Assembly: GCF_000196355.1 (NCBI RefSeq)
Contig: NC_007614.1
Span: forward strand, 2,370,001-2,402,000
DNA: 32,000 nucleotides
Reading direction: 5' to 3'
Origin: Nitrosospira multiformis ATCC 25196
GTDB lineage: Bacteria > Pseudomonadota > Gammaproteobacteria > Burkholderiales > Nitrosomonadaceae
Numbering within the stretch: the stretch's first letter is position 1; every line of letters begins with the position of its first letter. Below the pieces are notes generated by a model that searched no databases, was not told the origin of the DNA, and worked only from the letters and a program-made list of their open reading frames with translations. Made by a program: the position numbers and the translations under genes. Positions 20,786 to 29,176 of this stretch are shown in pieces.

Positions 20786-22007
20786 TGTAGTAGTCGCGAT
20801 CCCATCAGACAGTTTCCCGATTTGACTGGTGCAGTTGTCAGATCAGATTCAACTGTTCAGTAATGTGATTTTATCGTTCCACACCTCCTTTCCGTCAATT
20901 AATGTTTGCATGGGTGTTCGCCCGCAGCACATCTTGCCCTGATGAGTGCGGTCGTGATTGTAGTAGTGCAGCCAGTCATCCAGGTCAATTTGCAACTCCT
21001 CGATTGATCGGTATATCTTGCGCCGGAACGCGACCTGGTAGAACTCTTGCAGGATCGTCTTGTGAAAGCGCTCACAGATGCCGTTGGTCTGCGGATGATT
21101 GGCTTTGGTGCGAGTATGTTCAATATCATTGAGCGCCAGATAGAGCTGATAATCGTGAGTCTCTGGCTTGCCGCAATATTCAGTGCCTCGGTCGGTCAGA
21201 ATTCGGATCAGGCCCATGTCCTGTTCTGCAAAGAAGGGTAGTACCCGATCGTTGAGCAAATCCGCGCCTGTAATCGGCGTTTTGGTCGTATAGAGCTTGG
21301 CTGTGGCCCACTTGGAGTAGGTGTCGACGAAGGTCTGCTGATAAATACGACCCACGCCCTTGATCGTGCCCACATAGAAGGTATCCTGACTGCCAAGGTA
21401 GCCTGAATGGGCGGTTTCCACCTCCCCATGGGCGACATCGTCGTCCTGCTTCTTCTCCAGGGCACTAACCTGCGCTTCGGTCAGCACTTCTCCAGTCTGC
21501 GCGATATGACATTCCAGTGCCGCCAACCGCTTCTTGAATGATTCCAGGTCCCTGCGCAGCCAGACAGAGCGAACGCCTGAAGGAGAAATGAAGATGCCGC
21601 GTTTGCGTAACTCGTTGGAAACGCGCACTTGCCCGAATGCAGGCTGCTCAAGGGCAAATGCAGCTACCGCCATCTCGACTGCTTCTTCAACTCTATTCTT
21701 GGGATTGGGCTTCCTTCGATTGGCATCAATCAGGGCATCGATACCACCATTTTCCATCGCTGACTGATACCGATAGAAGGTATCCCGGGAAAAGCCCATC
21801 ACCTTGCAGGCACGCGATACATTGCCAAGCTCGGCTGCCAGATTAAGCAGCCCTACCTTGTGCTTAATAACATTTTGTTGAACACTACTCATGGGGTTAC
21901 TCCTTTGCGCTTTCAGCGCTCAATTTGATAAAGATTCGCACCTCTATCAAACCGGGTAACCCCACCTTTGGCAAGGCCTACTGTCAGATTAAATCTGAAC
22001 TACTACA
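20786..22007 (-). mobile_element. IS481-like insertion sequence, copy 2 (1222 bp)
   Basis: Same termini as copy 1, flanked by 7-bp direct repeats AATGAAC (20779-20785 and 22008-22014). All transposase and overlapping ORF translations match copy 1 at a constant offset of 3997 bp. Confidence 0.93.
20849..21892 (-). CDS. IS481-like DDE transposase, copy 2 (identical protein to copy 1)
   Basis: 347 aa translation identical to 16852..17895. Confidence 0.95.
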   Translation of the reverse strand: MSSVQQNVIKHKVGLLNLAAELGNVSRACKVMGFSRDTFYRYQSAMENGGIDALIDANRRKPNPKNRVEEAVEMAVAAFALEQPAFGQVRVSNELRKRGIFISPSGVRSVWLRRDLESFKKRLAALECHIAQTGEVLTEAQVSALEKKQDDDVAHGEVETAHSGYLGSQDTFYVGTIKGVGRIYQQTFVDTYSKWATAKLYTTKTPITGADLLNDRVLPFFAEQDMGLIRILTDRGTEYCGKPETHDYQLYLALNDIEHTRTKANHPQTNGICERFHKTILQEFYQVAFRRKIYRSIEELQIDLDDWLHYYNHDRTHQGKMCCGRTPMQTLIDGKEVWNDKITLLNS

Positions 22008-22008
22008 A

Positions 22009-22320
22009 ATGAACAGATACTTAGTCCAGCTCGACTTCATCTCCTTTATAAAATTCAACTCGTTGTCGTTCTGTTGCGCCAATACGCTGTTTTCCCCTTT
22101 CAACGCCCTTTTCACTTTTGAAAGCAGCGGAATCGGTAGAGCGCTGCTCGCTCTCTTTTTAGCTCCATTCGCCGGCCTGCTTCTGGGTGCAGTCTTTGGT
22201 ATTCTTGCATATCCGCTTTACCGGTTTCTGACCTCCCATAGCGAGTTTCTGGCTGCTTTATCAGGCAGATTTCAGGAAATATCGGACGAAACCCCGGAGG
22301 AATCTCTTCCTGACAAATAG
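22009..22320 (+). CDS. Small membrane protein of unknown function (103 aa); its start codon sits in the IS copy 2 target duplication
   Basis: The track ORF begins at 21925 inside the IS, but MNRYLVQLDFISF.. begins at 22009, 2 nt past the IS end. Hydrophobic segment RALLALFLAPFAGLLLGAVFGILAYPLYRFL. Confidence 0.6.
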   Translation: MNRYLVQLDFISFIKFNSLSFCCANTLFSPFNALFTFESSGIGRALLALFLAPFAGLLLGAVFGILAYPLYRFLTSHSEFLAALSGRFQEISDETPEESLPDK

Positions 22321-22409
22321 CGTTTACGACATTCCTCGCATGCGTTCTGCCTTTCACAGCGACAGGGGATGAACCCTGCCCATATGATCTTTTCCGATAG
22401 GAGTCTTCA

Positions 22410-22769
22410 TTGAAAATCAAAGCCACCGTTGAAGAAGTATTATCCCGCATTCCCGGTCCCGTAACCGTGGAATGGCCAATGGGAGAACGTTTTGCCGTTG
22501 CCCTGGCGCATGGCACCATGTCGGTCGAGTATTACGCTCCCGTCGGACATGATCCGCAAACGCCGCACGAGCAGGATGAAGTCTATTTCGTCCATCGGGG
22601 AACGGGTGAGCTGGTGGTTGAAGGGGAGCGTTATCCATTCAAAGAGGGCGACTGCCTTTTTGTACCCGCCAACGTTGAGCACCGGTTCGAGAATTTCTCG
22701 AGCGATTTTGGAACCTGGGTGGTATTCTGGGGACCCAAAGGAGGAGAAAAAGGTATGGATCTCAGCTGA
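22410..22769 (+). CDS. Cupin-domain protein
   Basis: 119 aa; TMSVEYYAPVGHDPQTPHEQDEVYFVHRGTGELVVEGERYPFKEGDCLFVPANVEHRFENF with cupin motifs. Start may be TTG at 22410. Confidence 0.88.
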   Translation: MKIKATVEEVLSRIPGPVTVEWPMGERFAVALAHGTMSVEYYAPVGHDPQTPHEQDEVYFVHRGTGELVVEGERYPFKEGDCLFVPANVEHRFENFSSDFGTWVVFWGPKGGEKGMDLS

Positions 22770-22832
22770 AGAATCCTCCTGGCCGAACGTCTCGCCAACG
22801 TTTGATCGACTAATACAGCCGAAATCGAGCGA

Positions 22833-23633
22833 TTGACGGAACTTAAAGGAACGTATTCCAAGGAAGAAAATGTTTTCAAAGTATCCAAACCGCACACTGA
22901 TGTAAAAATAAAGGTAGATAAATGGCCAATGCCGCCTTTCATGGGCTTGGGATCATGGGCTGGCTTTGCTCCTGCACAGGATGACCAGGTCGTAATGATG
23001 GGCGATACCGTGCTGTTCGAGGATGAGGTCAATCCTGCGATAAGCGCGGCTTTCGAGGCGGGGCTGGAAGTAACTGGCTTGCACAATCATTTTTTCTTTG
23101 ATGAACCCAAGGTGTATTTCATGCACATCGGTGGCAGGGGAAGCGCTGCTGAACTTTCGGCCGGGGTAAAGAAGATTTATGACAAGGTCGCTGAAATCCG
23201 CGCTGTCCAGCCTGTTCCCTCTTCACGGTTTCCCAAGACAATCCCGCAGGAGAACAAGATTTCCCCTCAGCCTTTGGAACAAATCCTTGGAATGAAAGGA
23301 AGCTCAAAAGATGGCATGTTTAAAGTTGTCATCGGGCGCCCCGCCACTATGGGCGTCGGTGGGAAAAGAAATGGGTATAAACACATGGGCGGCCTTTGCG
23401 GGCAGCGATAGCGAGGCAGTGGTGGATGGAGATTTCGTCATGCTCGCCGATGAAATGCAGCCTGTCTTGAGAACAATGCGAGAAGGTGGCATCAATATTG
23501 TTGCGATTCATCAACACATGACACATGAGAAGCCGCACTATTTATTCATGCACTACTGGGGCAAAGGAATGCGAAGAACCTGGCTAAAACCATCAAGAAT
23601 GCATTGAATGCACAAACTGGCCCTTCAGAATAG
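22833..23633 (+). pseudogene. DUF1259-like (LppY/LpqO-type) protein gene with two frame disruptions and no clear N-terminal leader
   Basis: Frame A (22833..): LKGTYSKEENVFKVSKPHTDVKIKVDKWPMPPFMGLGSWAGF..GLEVTGLHNHFFFDEPKVYFMHIGG. It shifts near 23364-23367 to frame B (KEMGINTWAAFAGSDSEAVVDGDFVMLADEMQPVLRTMREGGINIVAIHQHMTHEKPHYLFMHYWGKG). It then shifts back near 23563-23568 to frame A (NAKNLAKTIKNALNAQTGPSE*) ending at 23633. In-frame TGA upstream at 22803-22805. Confidence 0.75.
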
Positions 23634-23682
23634 TCCTGTGTGACGCAATCTCAGGATAGCCTGTACCCGTCTGTGCCCGTCA

Positions 23683-24951
23683 ATGAATCAGGTAAAGAAG
23701 GTTAAGTCGGTGGAAACAGGCCGGATCGGCAGAACACTTACCCGCCTGCTCATGCCGGTAGGAGTAGCCGAGGTTGCTTCCCCCTTACTGATCGCTCGCG
23801 CACTGCGTGGCTTTGCAGACGGTTATGTCGTTGTGCTTTTGCCTGCGTACCTGCTGGCGCTGGGGTTTGACCAGCTATATGTAGGCTATTTAAGTACGGC
23901 TACCCTTGCGGGATCCGCCCTGGCGACATTGGCGATCGGAGCAATGGGCTACCGCTGGTCAAGCCGTCGGCTGTTGCTGTTCGCTGCCCTGTTAATGACA
24001 GCTACCGGCCTTGCTTTCGCGAGCGTTTCTTCGTTTTTGCCGCTCCTCATTGTCGCATTTGTTGGAACCCTTAATCCGAGTTCGGGCGATGTGAGCATGT
24101 TTTTACCCCTGGAGCATGCTCGTCTGGCACAGGGAGCAACTGGTAACCTACGCACCACTCTGTTTGCCCGTTACACGCTTACTGGTTCGTTAAGCGCGGC
24201 TGTAGGTGCCTTGGCCGCTGGCATCCCCTCCTGGCTGATGCAATGGGCAGGGCTACCCTTGATTGATGGTTTGCGCACAATGTTTGTGCTGTACGGCCTG
24301 CTCGGCGGATTGGTTTGGCTGCTCTATCGGGCTCTGCCAGCGGGCGACATCTCTACCAAGCAGTTACCAGCGCCGCTAGGTCCGTCACGCAGTATCGTTT
24401 TCAAGCTTGCGATGTTGTTCAGCCTTGATGCATTTGCCGGGGGATTGGTGGTGAATTCGCTACTCACACTCTGGCTTTTTGAGCGATTTGGACTCTCACC
24501 GGGAGAGGCAGGAACCTTTTTCTTCTGCGCAGGGCTTCTATCGGCCGGATCGCAGCTCGCTGCACCTGTAATTGCCCGCAAGATCGGACTGCTTAACACG
24601 ATGGTCTTCACTCACATTCCTGCAAACGTGTGTCTCATTTTTGCCGCAATTGCTCCAAACGTAGAAATCGCGCTGACGCTATTGTTCGTGCGAAGTGCAT
24701 TATCGCAGATGGATGTGCCCACACGAACTGCCTATGTGATGGCTGCAGTTACGCCACCCGAGCGTGCTGCCGCGGCAAGCTTCACTACCGTACCTCGCAG
24801 CCTTGCCTCAGTCCTGAGTCCAAGCTTGGCCGGCGCCTTGCTGGCCAGCGGGCTTCTTAGCGCTCCCTTAATTGCTTGTGGAGCTTTAAAGATTGCATAT
24901 GACTTGGCGTTGCTGGTGTCCTTCAGCCGCGTGAATGTTCCGCTGGATTAG
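23683..24951 (+). CDS. Major facilitator superfamily transporter
   Basis: 422 aa with many hydrophobic segments; ARALRGFADGYVVVLLPAYLLALGFDQLYVGYLSTATLAGSALATLAIG; MDVPTRTAYVMAAVTPPERAAAASF. Confidence 0.85.
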   Translation: MNQVKKVKSVETGRIGRTLTRLLMPVGVAEVASPLLIARALRGFADGYVVVLLPAYLLALGFDQLYVGYLSTATLAGSALATLAIGAMGYRWSSRRLLLFAALLMTATGLAFASVSSFLPLLIVAFVGTLNPSSGDVSMFLPLEHARLAQGATGNLRTTLFARYTLTGSLSAAVGALAAGIPSWLMQWAGLPLIDGLRTMFVLYGLLGGLVWLLYRALPAGDISTKQLPAPLGPSRSIVFKLAMLFSLDAFAGGLVVNSLLTLWLFERFGLSPGEAGTFFFCAGLLSAGSQLAAPVIARKIGLLNTMVFTHIPANVCLIFAAIAPNVEIALTLLFVRSALSQMDVPTRTAYVMAAVTPPERAAAASFTTVPRSLASVLSPSLAGALLASGLLSAPLIACGALKIAYDLALLVSFSRVNVPLD

Positions 24952-25304
24952 GATACCTGTTTCAGGTGCTGCTACCTTTACTCCCCATTTCGAGGGAATA
25001 GTCGTTGTAGCTGAACTCTCCTTGTCAACGGGCGGCCTTCGGCAGCCGCCCGCTTCTGGTTCAGTTTTGCAATCACAATTTCTGTTCGAGTTTCCCAAAA
25101 GGAACAATAGAGGTAAAGCTGTTATCCCAACAGGTTGCGCATGAAGGTATAAAAAACGGCGAAGGAGACCCAATACCCGAATCAAAGGGATTCAGCCGTA
25201 GCTTTACTGATGGAACATTGAAAACTGCTTTTTCGGCTTTCCCCCACAGCAACCGAACTAACCGACAGAACTTTTAAACCTTCGAAATGATAGAGTTCTC
25301 CACT

Positions 25305-27989
25305 CTATGCATTGATCCGAACATTCGCGAAAGCTACGTTCCCTGTATGCGTTTGCAGCCCAATATAACCTGAATTGGGATCAACGCTGGGTGGATTCCC
25401 TCTAGCAGTATCGGAGGGGCTACGCTTAAACCGGGTTACCTCCTGACCGTTGAGCCGAACAACGTAATCCTGCTTTTTTACCTCGATTTCGTAGTGATGC
25501 CATTGTCGTGCCGCAAGAGAGATGTTGTTTTGGTAATTCTGCTGCCCTTCGCCGGTCCCCAATGACTTGATTTTATAAATTGCCCCGGTTCTCGCAAAAA
25601 ATGAACCATCCGGCTCGCCGAAACGCGTATCACCCCGTGCTTCTTCATCGATCTGGATTTCAAACCCAGTATGAACCGCAACGAAGGCCGCATTGTCTGC
25701 GGGATCGACCGGATCGGGAGCGGGATCAGGCAGGCGCGAATCACGGAACCGAACGAAGACACCCGAGTTATCGTTGCCATTGCCTCGCGGGTGAGGAAGA
25801 AGAAAATCGAGGCGTAGTGTGAAATCCTCAAAGGGTTTTGGCTTGTAGAAGAGCAAGCCCATGCCTTTTTCATTCTGCTGGGCAATTATCGTGCGGCCAA
25901 ACCGGGAGAACGAGCCTCCTCCAGCCATCTCCCAATTCGCGAACTGCGCATCGCTTCCGTCAAATAGGTACGTGAAACCTGGTTCCGATACCAAGAGTGG
26001 CGGCTCCGGCATCAGGTGATCTCCTAGTCGGCGGACCAGGGCAATGCCTGTGAGCATCGGGTTTGGTGAACCCATGGTAGGAAAGAGTGCGGGTCCAGCG
26101 ACATAAGTATTTGTCACATTATGGAAACGGCAATCGGGATCGGTCACCGATTTGTTCGGATCCTCTCCCATTCGCAACGTTCCGGCTTCATGATGTGTCG
26201 TGCCCAGACCATCGCGGCGACCCCGACCGGCCTGATCAGAGAATTTATATGGCAGAACCGTTGCAAGTGAACTCGGATCAATATTCGTCACAATCACATT
26301 TCCGTTCTTGATGACATCGATTTTCTGACCGTTGGCAAAGACTTTCGCGACCTCATCCGACGCCTTATCCATCGCATCCCACAGTTCGTAGTCGCGAGAA
26401 CTGGGCTGGAGGTTCACAAATGCTCGCCGTGCCTGGAATTCGTCTTTTTGTTGCGGATCAAGATCGAGCGTAACCGAGCTACCGAAGTCACTGTCGTTCT
26501 TGGGCTCCATCTCACCGATGCCGCGAATCGTAATGACGACGTGTGTGTCAGTCGCATTCTTGTGTGCATCGAACAGGTCAATGTCCGGGATTTTCTTGAA
26601 GAGCTCAGCTTCAGAATTGGTCCCGTTGGTGCCCAGACCTGACGCAGTAATCTGGAAATGGAAGTGGGCAAAACCATCTGCGGAACCATCGGCCTTCTTG
26701 AACTCATGTCGGCCTTTTACAAAAAGCGCCGACGCTTCGAGGGCTTTGACTGCCGGCGGCAGCGCTGCCAGTGCCGCGCGGGGAACTCGAAAATCGACAT
26801 TCGAGCGTAAATGGGCTATCAGGTTCCTGCCAATTTTTCCATCCGTCCCAAAGGAAGTTAGCGCCAGACGAGCGCTCTCGATCGTGCCGAGAGCAATGAT
26901 GACTTTGCTGTCCGGGGAAACAGGCAGCACTCCCCGCTCGGTAACGATCTCGCTCACGCGTCGCCCCCCTTCGGTATTGACAGTGTTGAGTTGCGTGACG
27001 TGGCAGCGTTCCACGACCATTAGCCGTTTTTTTACGTCATCAAGCCGATTTATTACTCCATCGAACGGGGTTTGGGTTGACGCCTCGCGGGCTGCCTTCA
27101 TGAGTAACGGAACCGCGCTGAATTTGTTAAACGGAAAAAACCCGGCGTGCCCCACTTGTCCCTGCACGGCCAATGGTGCTTCAAGTTTTGCTTCATCGCG
27201 GAGCTTCTGGATAGAAGGCGGCGGACTCGGCAATTTATCGATGCCAAGCAGCTTGGCCAAATCGTTGATTGTTACTGGAGTGTTGCCATAATAGACTGCG
27301 GGATGATCGGGCAGCAACGCAAGATCATATACATCAGGGATCGAGGAGAGGGCTCCGAACAGCTGTTGCCGCATCGCCCGGTGTAAATCGCCAAAAATGA
27401 AATCATTCGTCTCTGTGACCCCGATCTGATCGCTTGATTGCCGGAAATAACCCTTTCGACCATCTGGCAGAACCTTTGCCGTTAAATCGTCGAGCACCCC
27501 TTTTGGCCAAACGTCTTTTGGCATTTCTGCGTCAAGCAATCGGGGCAACCACCCACCCCAGTAAATCGAGCGTCCGCCCAGGCAGTAAGCAAGCCCAGGA
27601 AAACCGAAAGGATCACTTGAATTCCAGGCAAGGCCCCAGACTTCGCCTTGCAGCGAATGATCCTTGCGGGCGCCAGCGGTATCGAGGCCGAGCATTGGTA
27701 GATTCTGCACGTGTTCCGGTAGGAGGAAGGGACCAGCCTCAAGCACGAGAATACGCTCACTGCGCTGAGTGCTTCGGAACCACAGATGTTCAGCAATAGC
27801 CGCACCAAATGTGCCCCCGCCAATTATGATGAAATCAAACGGCCGAAGATCGCCTCGGCCAGGCAATCCGGCAGCGGCACGGGCGTTTGGATCTATGGTA
27901 ACGAGCGCTTCGTCAAAGGTATTGCAGTCGTAACGTCCGAGAACATCGCGGGTAAAGGCGGTGTTGTAGTCGGGGGCGATAAGTGGCAT
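25305..27989 (-). CDS. GMC-family oxidoreductase fused to a C-terminal DUF1080 / LamG-like (3-keto-disaccharide hydrolase-type) domain
   Basis: 894 aa. N-terminus FDFIIIGGGTFGAAIAEHL (FAD binding) and EAGTLRMGEDPNKSVTDPDCRFHNVTNTYVAGPALFPTMGSPNPMLTGIAL (GMC C-terminal signature). C-terminus FTYLFDGSDAQFANWEMAG..FEDFTLRLDFLLPHPRGNGNDNSGVFVRF..GFEIQIDEEARGD..WHHYEIEVKKQDYVVRLNGQEV..GYIGLQTHTGNVAFANVRI. Confidence 0.9.
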   Translation of the reverse strand: MPLIAPDYNTAFTRDVLGRYDCNTFDEALVTIDPNARAAAGLPGRGDLRPFDFIIIGGGTFGAAIAEHLWFRSTQRSERILVLEAGPFLLPEHVQNLPMLGLDTAGARKDHSLQGEVWGLAWNSSDPFGFPGLAYCLGGRSIYWGGWLPRLLDAEMPKDVWPKGVLDDLTAKVLPDGRKGYFRQSSDQIGVTETNDFIFGDLHRAMRQQLFGALSSIPDVYDLALLPDHPAVYYGNTPVTINDLAKLLGIDKLPSPPPSIQKLRDEAKLEAPLAVQGQVGHAGFFPFNKFSAVPLLMKAAREASTQTPFDGVINRLDDVKKRLMVVERCHVTQLNTVNTEGGRRVSEIVTERGVLPVSPDSKVIIALGTIESARLALTSFGTDGKIGRNLIAHLRSNVDFRVPRAALAALPPAVKALEASALFVKGRHEFKKADGSADGFAHFHFQITASGLGTNGTNSEAELFKKIPDIDLFDAHKNATDTHVVITIRGIGEMEPKNDSDFGSSVTLDLDPQQKDEFQARRAFVNLQPSSRDYELWDAMDKASDEVAKVFANGQKIDVIKNGNVIVTNIDPSSLATVLPYKFSDQAGRGRRDGLGTTHHEAGTLRMGEDPNKSVTDPDCRFHNVTNTYVAGPALFPTMGSPNPMLTGIALVRRLGDHLMPEPPLLVSEPGFTYLFDGSDAQFANWEMAGGGSFSRFGRTIIAQQNEKGMGLLFYKPKPFEDFTLRLDFLLPHPRGNGNDNSGVFVRFRDSRLPDPAPDPVDPADNAAFVAVHTGFEIQIDEEARGDTRFGEPDGSFFARTGAIYKIKSLGTGEGQQNYQNNISLAARQWHHYEIEVKKQDYVVRLNGQEVTRFKRSPSDTARGNPPSVDPNSGYIGLQTHTGNVAFANVRINA

Positions 27990-28377
27990 GGCGGTTTGCT
28001 CCTATATTTAATATCCGAGGATTTTGAATATTCGTAGAATTTTTCTGGTTCTATCGAACAGGACGCCATACAGTTACAGTTCTAGTTCTGATCTCCGCTC
28101 AACGATACCCTGACGCTCCCTGTTTTTATCCTCCGATACATAGCTGTGTTCGACACCATCATTTTATTTCTGTTATTAAACCTAGTTCATGAGCGGCGAA
28201 TGTCAAGGAAAGGTATGAGCACAACGAGAAGGAGGATTAGCAGTTCTTGAGGTAGAAGTTCAAGTGTTATTGCACAACGGTTTTTGTCTACTGGCGCCGA
28301 ACTCTGGGAGTAGAAAACAAACATTGGCACCACCGGCTTCAAGGGTATAGAATTCCTTTTCCCGTTTTTCTTATGCC

Positions 28378-28758
28378 ATGAACAAAATCATGCCCAGGCG
28401 CCATATCCATTTCGTCATGCTCATGCTGTTCGTCAGCATGATGACAAATGCCTTGAGCTGGGCATTTAACGGGGAGGTCTTTGCGCATGAGCTTGATCAC
28501 GCGCATCACGTTCTGTCCCTGGATCCGACGGCTCACCTCGAAGCCCATCAGCATGCTCTGCGTGACGACAAAGGTCACCTCGATGCAGCGACTCATCTGT
28601 GCCTGCACGCAGCCGGGCAATATCAGCCCTTTTTCCTGACAGCACCCCTCATGGTGGCAGCTTCCACTGCTGAGGAAGTCATAACAGGATTCGTCATTGT
28701 CACTATCCCCGAATCCATCCCCGATTCACCTCTTCATCCTCCCCGCAGAGTCTCTTAA
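28378..28758 (+). CDS. Secreted His-rich small protein, CzcI-like by position and composition
   Basis: 126 aa; signal-like MNKIMPRRHIHFVMLMLFVSMMTNALSWAFNG, then HELDHAHHVLSLDPTAHLEAHQHALRDDKGHLDAATHLCLHAAG; lies directly upstream of the CzcCB genes. Confidence 0.6.
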   Translation: MNKIMPRRHIHFVMLMLFVSMMTNALSWAFNGEVFAHELDHAHHVLSLDPTAHLEAHQHALRDDKGHLDAATHLCLHAAGQYQPFFLTAPLMVAASTAEEVITGFVIVTIPESIPDSPLHPPRRVS

Positions 28759-29057
28759 GCCACGTCCCCGGACAGCTGAGCGTGATCGGGTCCAAATTCG
28801 AAACCTGTCAGCCTGAATCAACACCGGGCGCCTTCCGGTTTATCCGTCGGGCTTTTCGCAGGGTAATGGTTTCCATGTTGCACTCCTGAACCCTGGGGCA
28901 AGACTGTTCCGGGTATTCGTTTATCCCGAGAATGTCGATTCCCCCGATAAGGTTGTCTTGAGCATCCGTTGCATCCGTTTGGCCTCTGTTCAGTCCCTGC
29001 TCGACTCTGGAAGCGCGGAGCGAACAGCTTCGATCCTTCGATCCTGGCCAGTGAGGT

Positions 29058-29081
29058 CCTGAACCTGTCGAAGGGTTCAGG
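29058..29081. repeat. Short palindromic intergenic element
   Basis: CCTGAACC-TGTCGAAG-GGTTCAGG, an 8-bp perfect stem, in the 394-bp gap upstream of czcC. Confidence 0.55.
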
Positions 29082-29176
29082 GTGAACAGGAGGCTAAGGA
29101 CTTGAGGCGAAACTGCTATTTTATGTAATTAACCATAGGTTATGCGTTTCCCTTGATTACTCGTGAAGAAATTTCC

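Noticed and set aside
16782-22014. Composite transposon carrying lon
   Set aside because: Each IS copy has its own distinct 7-bp duplication. A composite transposon would show matching duplications at the outer ends only (GCTCAGA and AATGAAC do not match).
22440-23086. Minus-strand ORFs opposite the cupin and DUF1259-like genes (22440..22895, 22631..23086)
   Set aside because: They overlap well-supported plus-strand domains and have no recognisable signature.
23364-23568. Programmed ribosomal frameshifting in the DUF1259-like gene
   Set aside because: Two opposite shifts with no clear slippery site plus stimulatory structure, and the leader is also missing. Decay or sequencing error is simpler, and recoding is kept only as a test to exclude.
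25580-27799. Plus-strand ORFs within the GMC-DUF1080 gene (e.g. 26500..27291, 27434..27799)
   Set aside because: Fully contained in a well-supported minus-strand gene; translations are Ser/Pro/Arg-rich without recognisable motifs.
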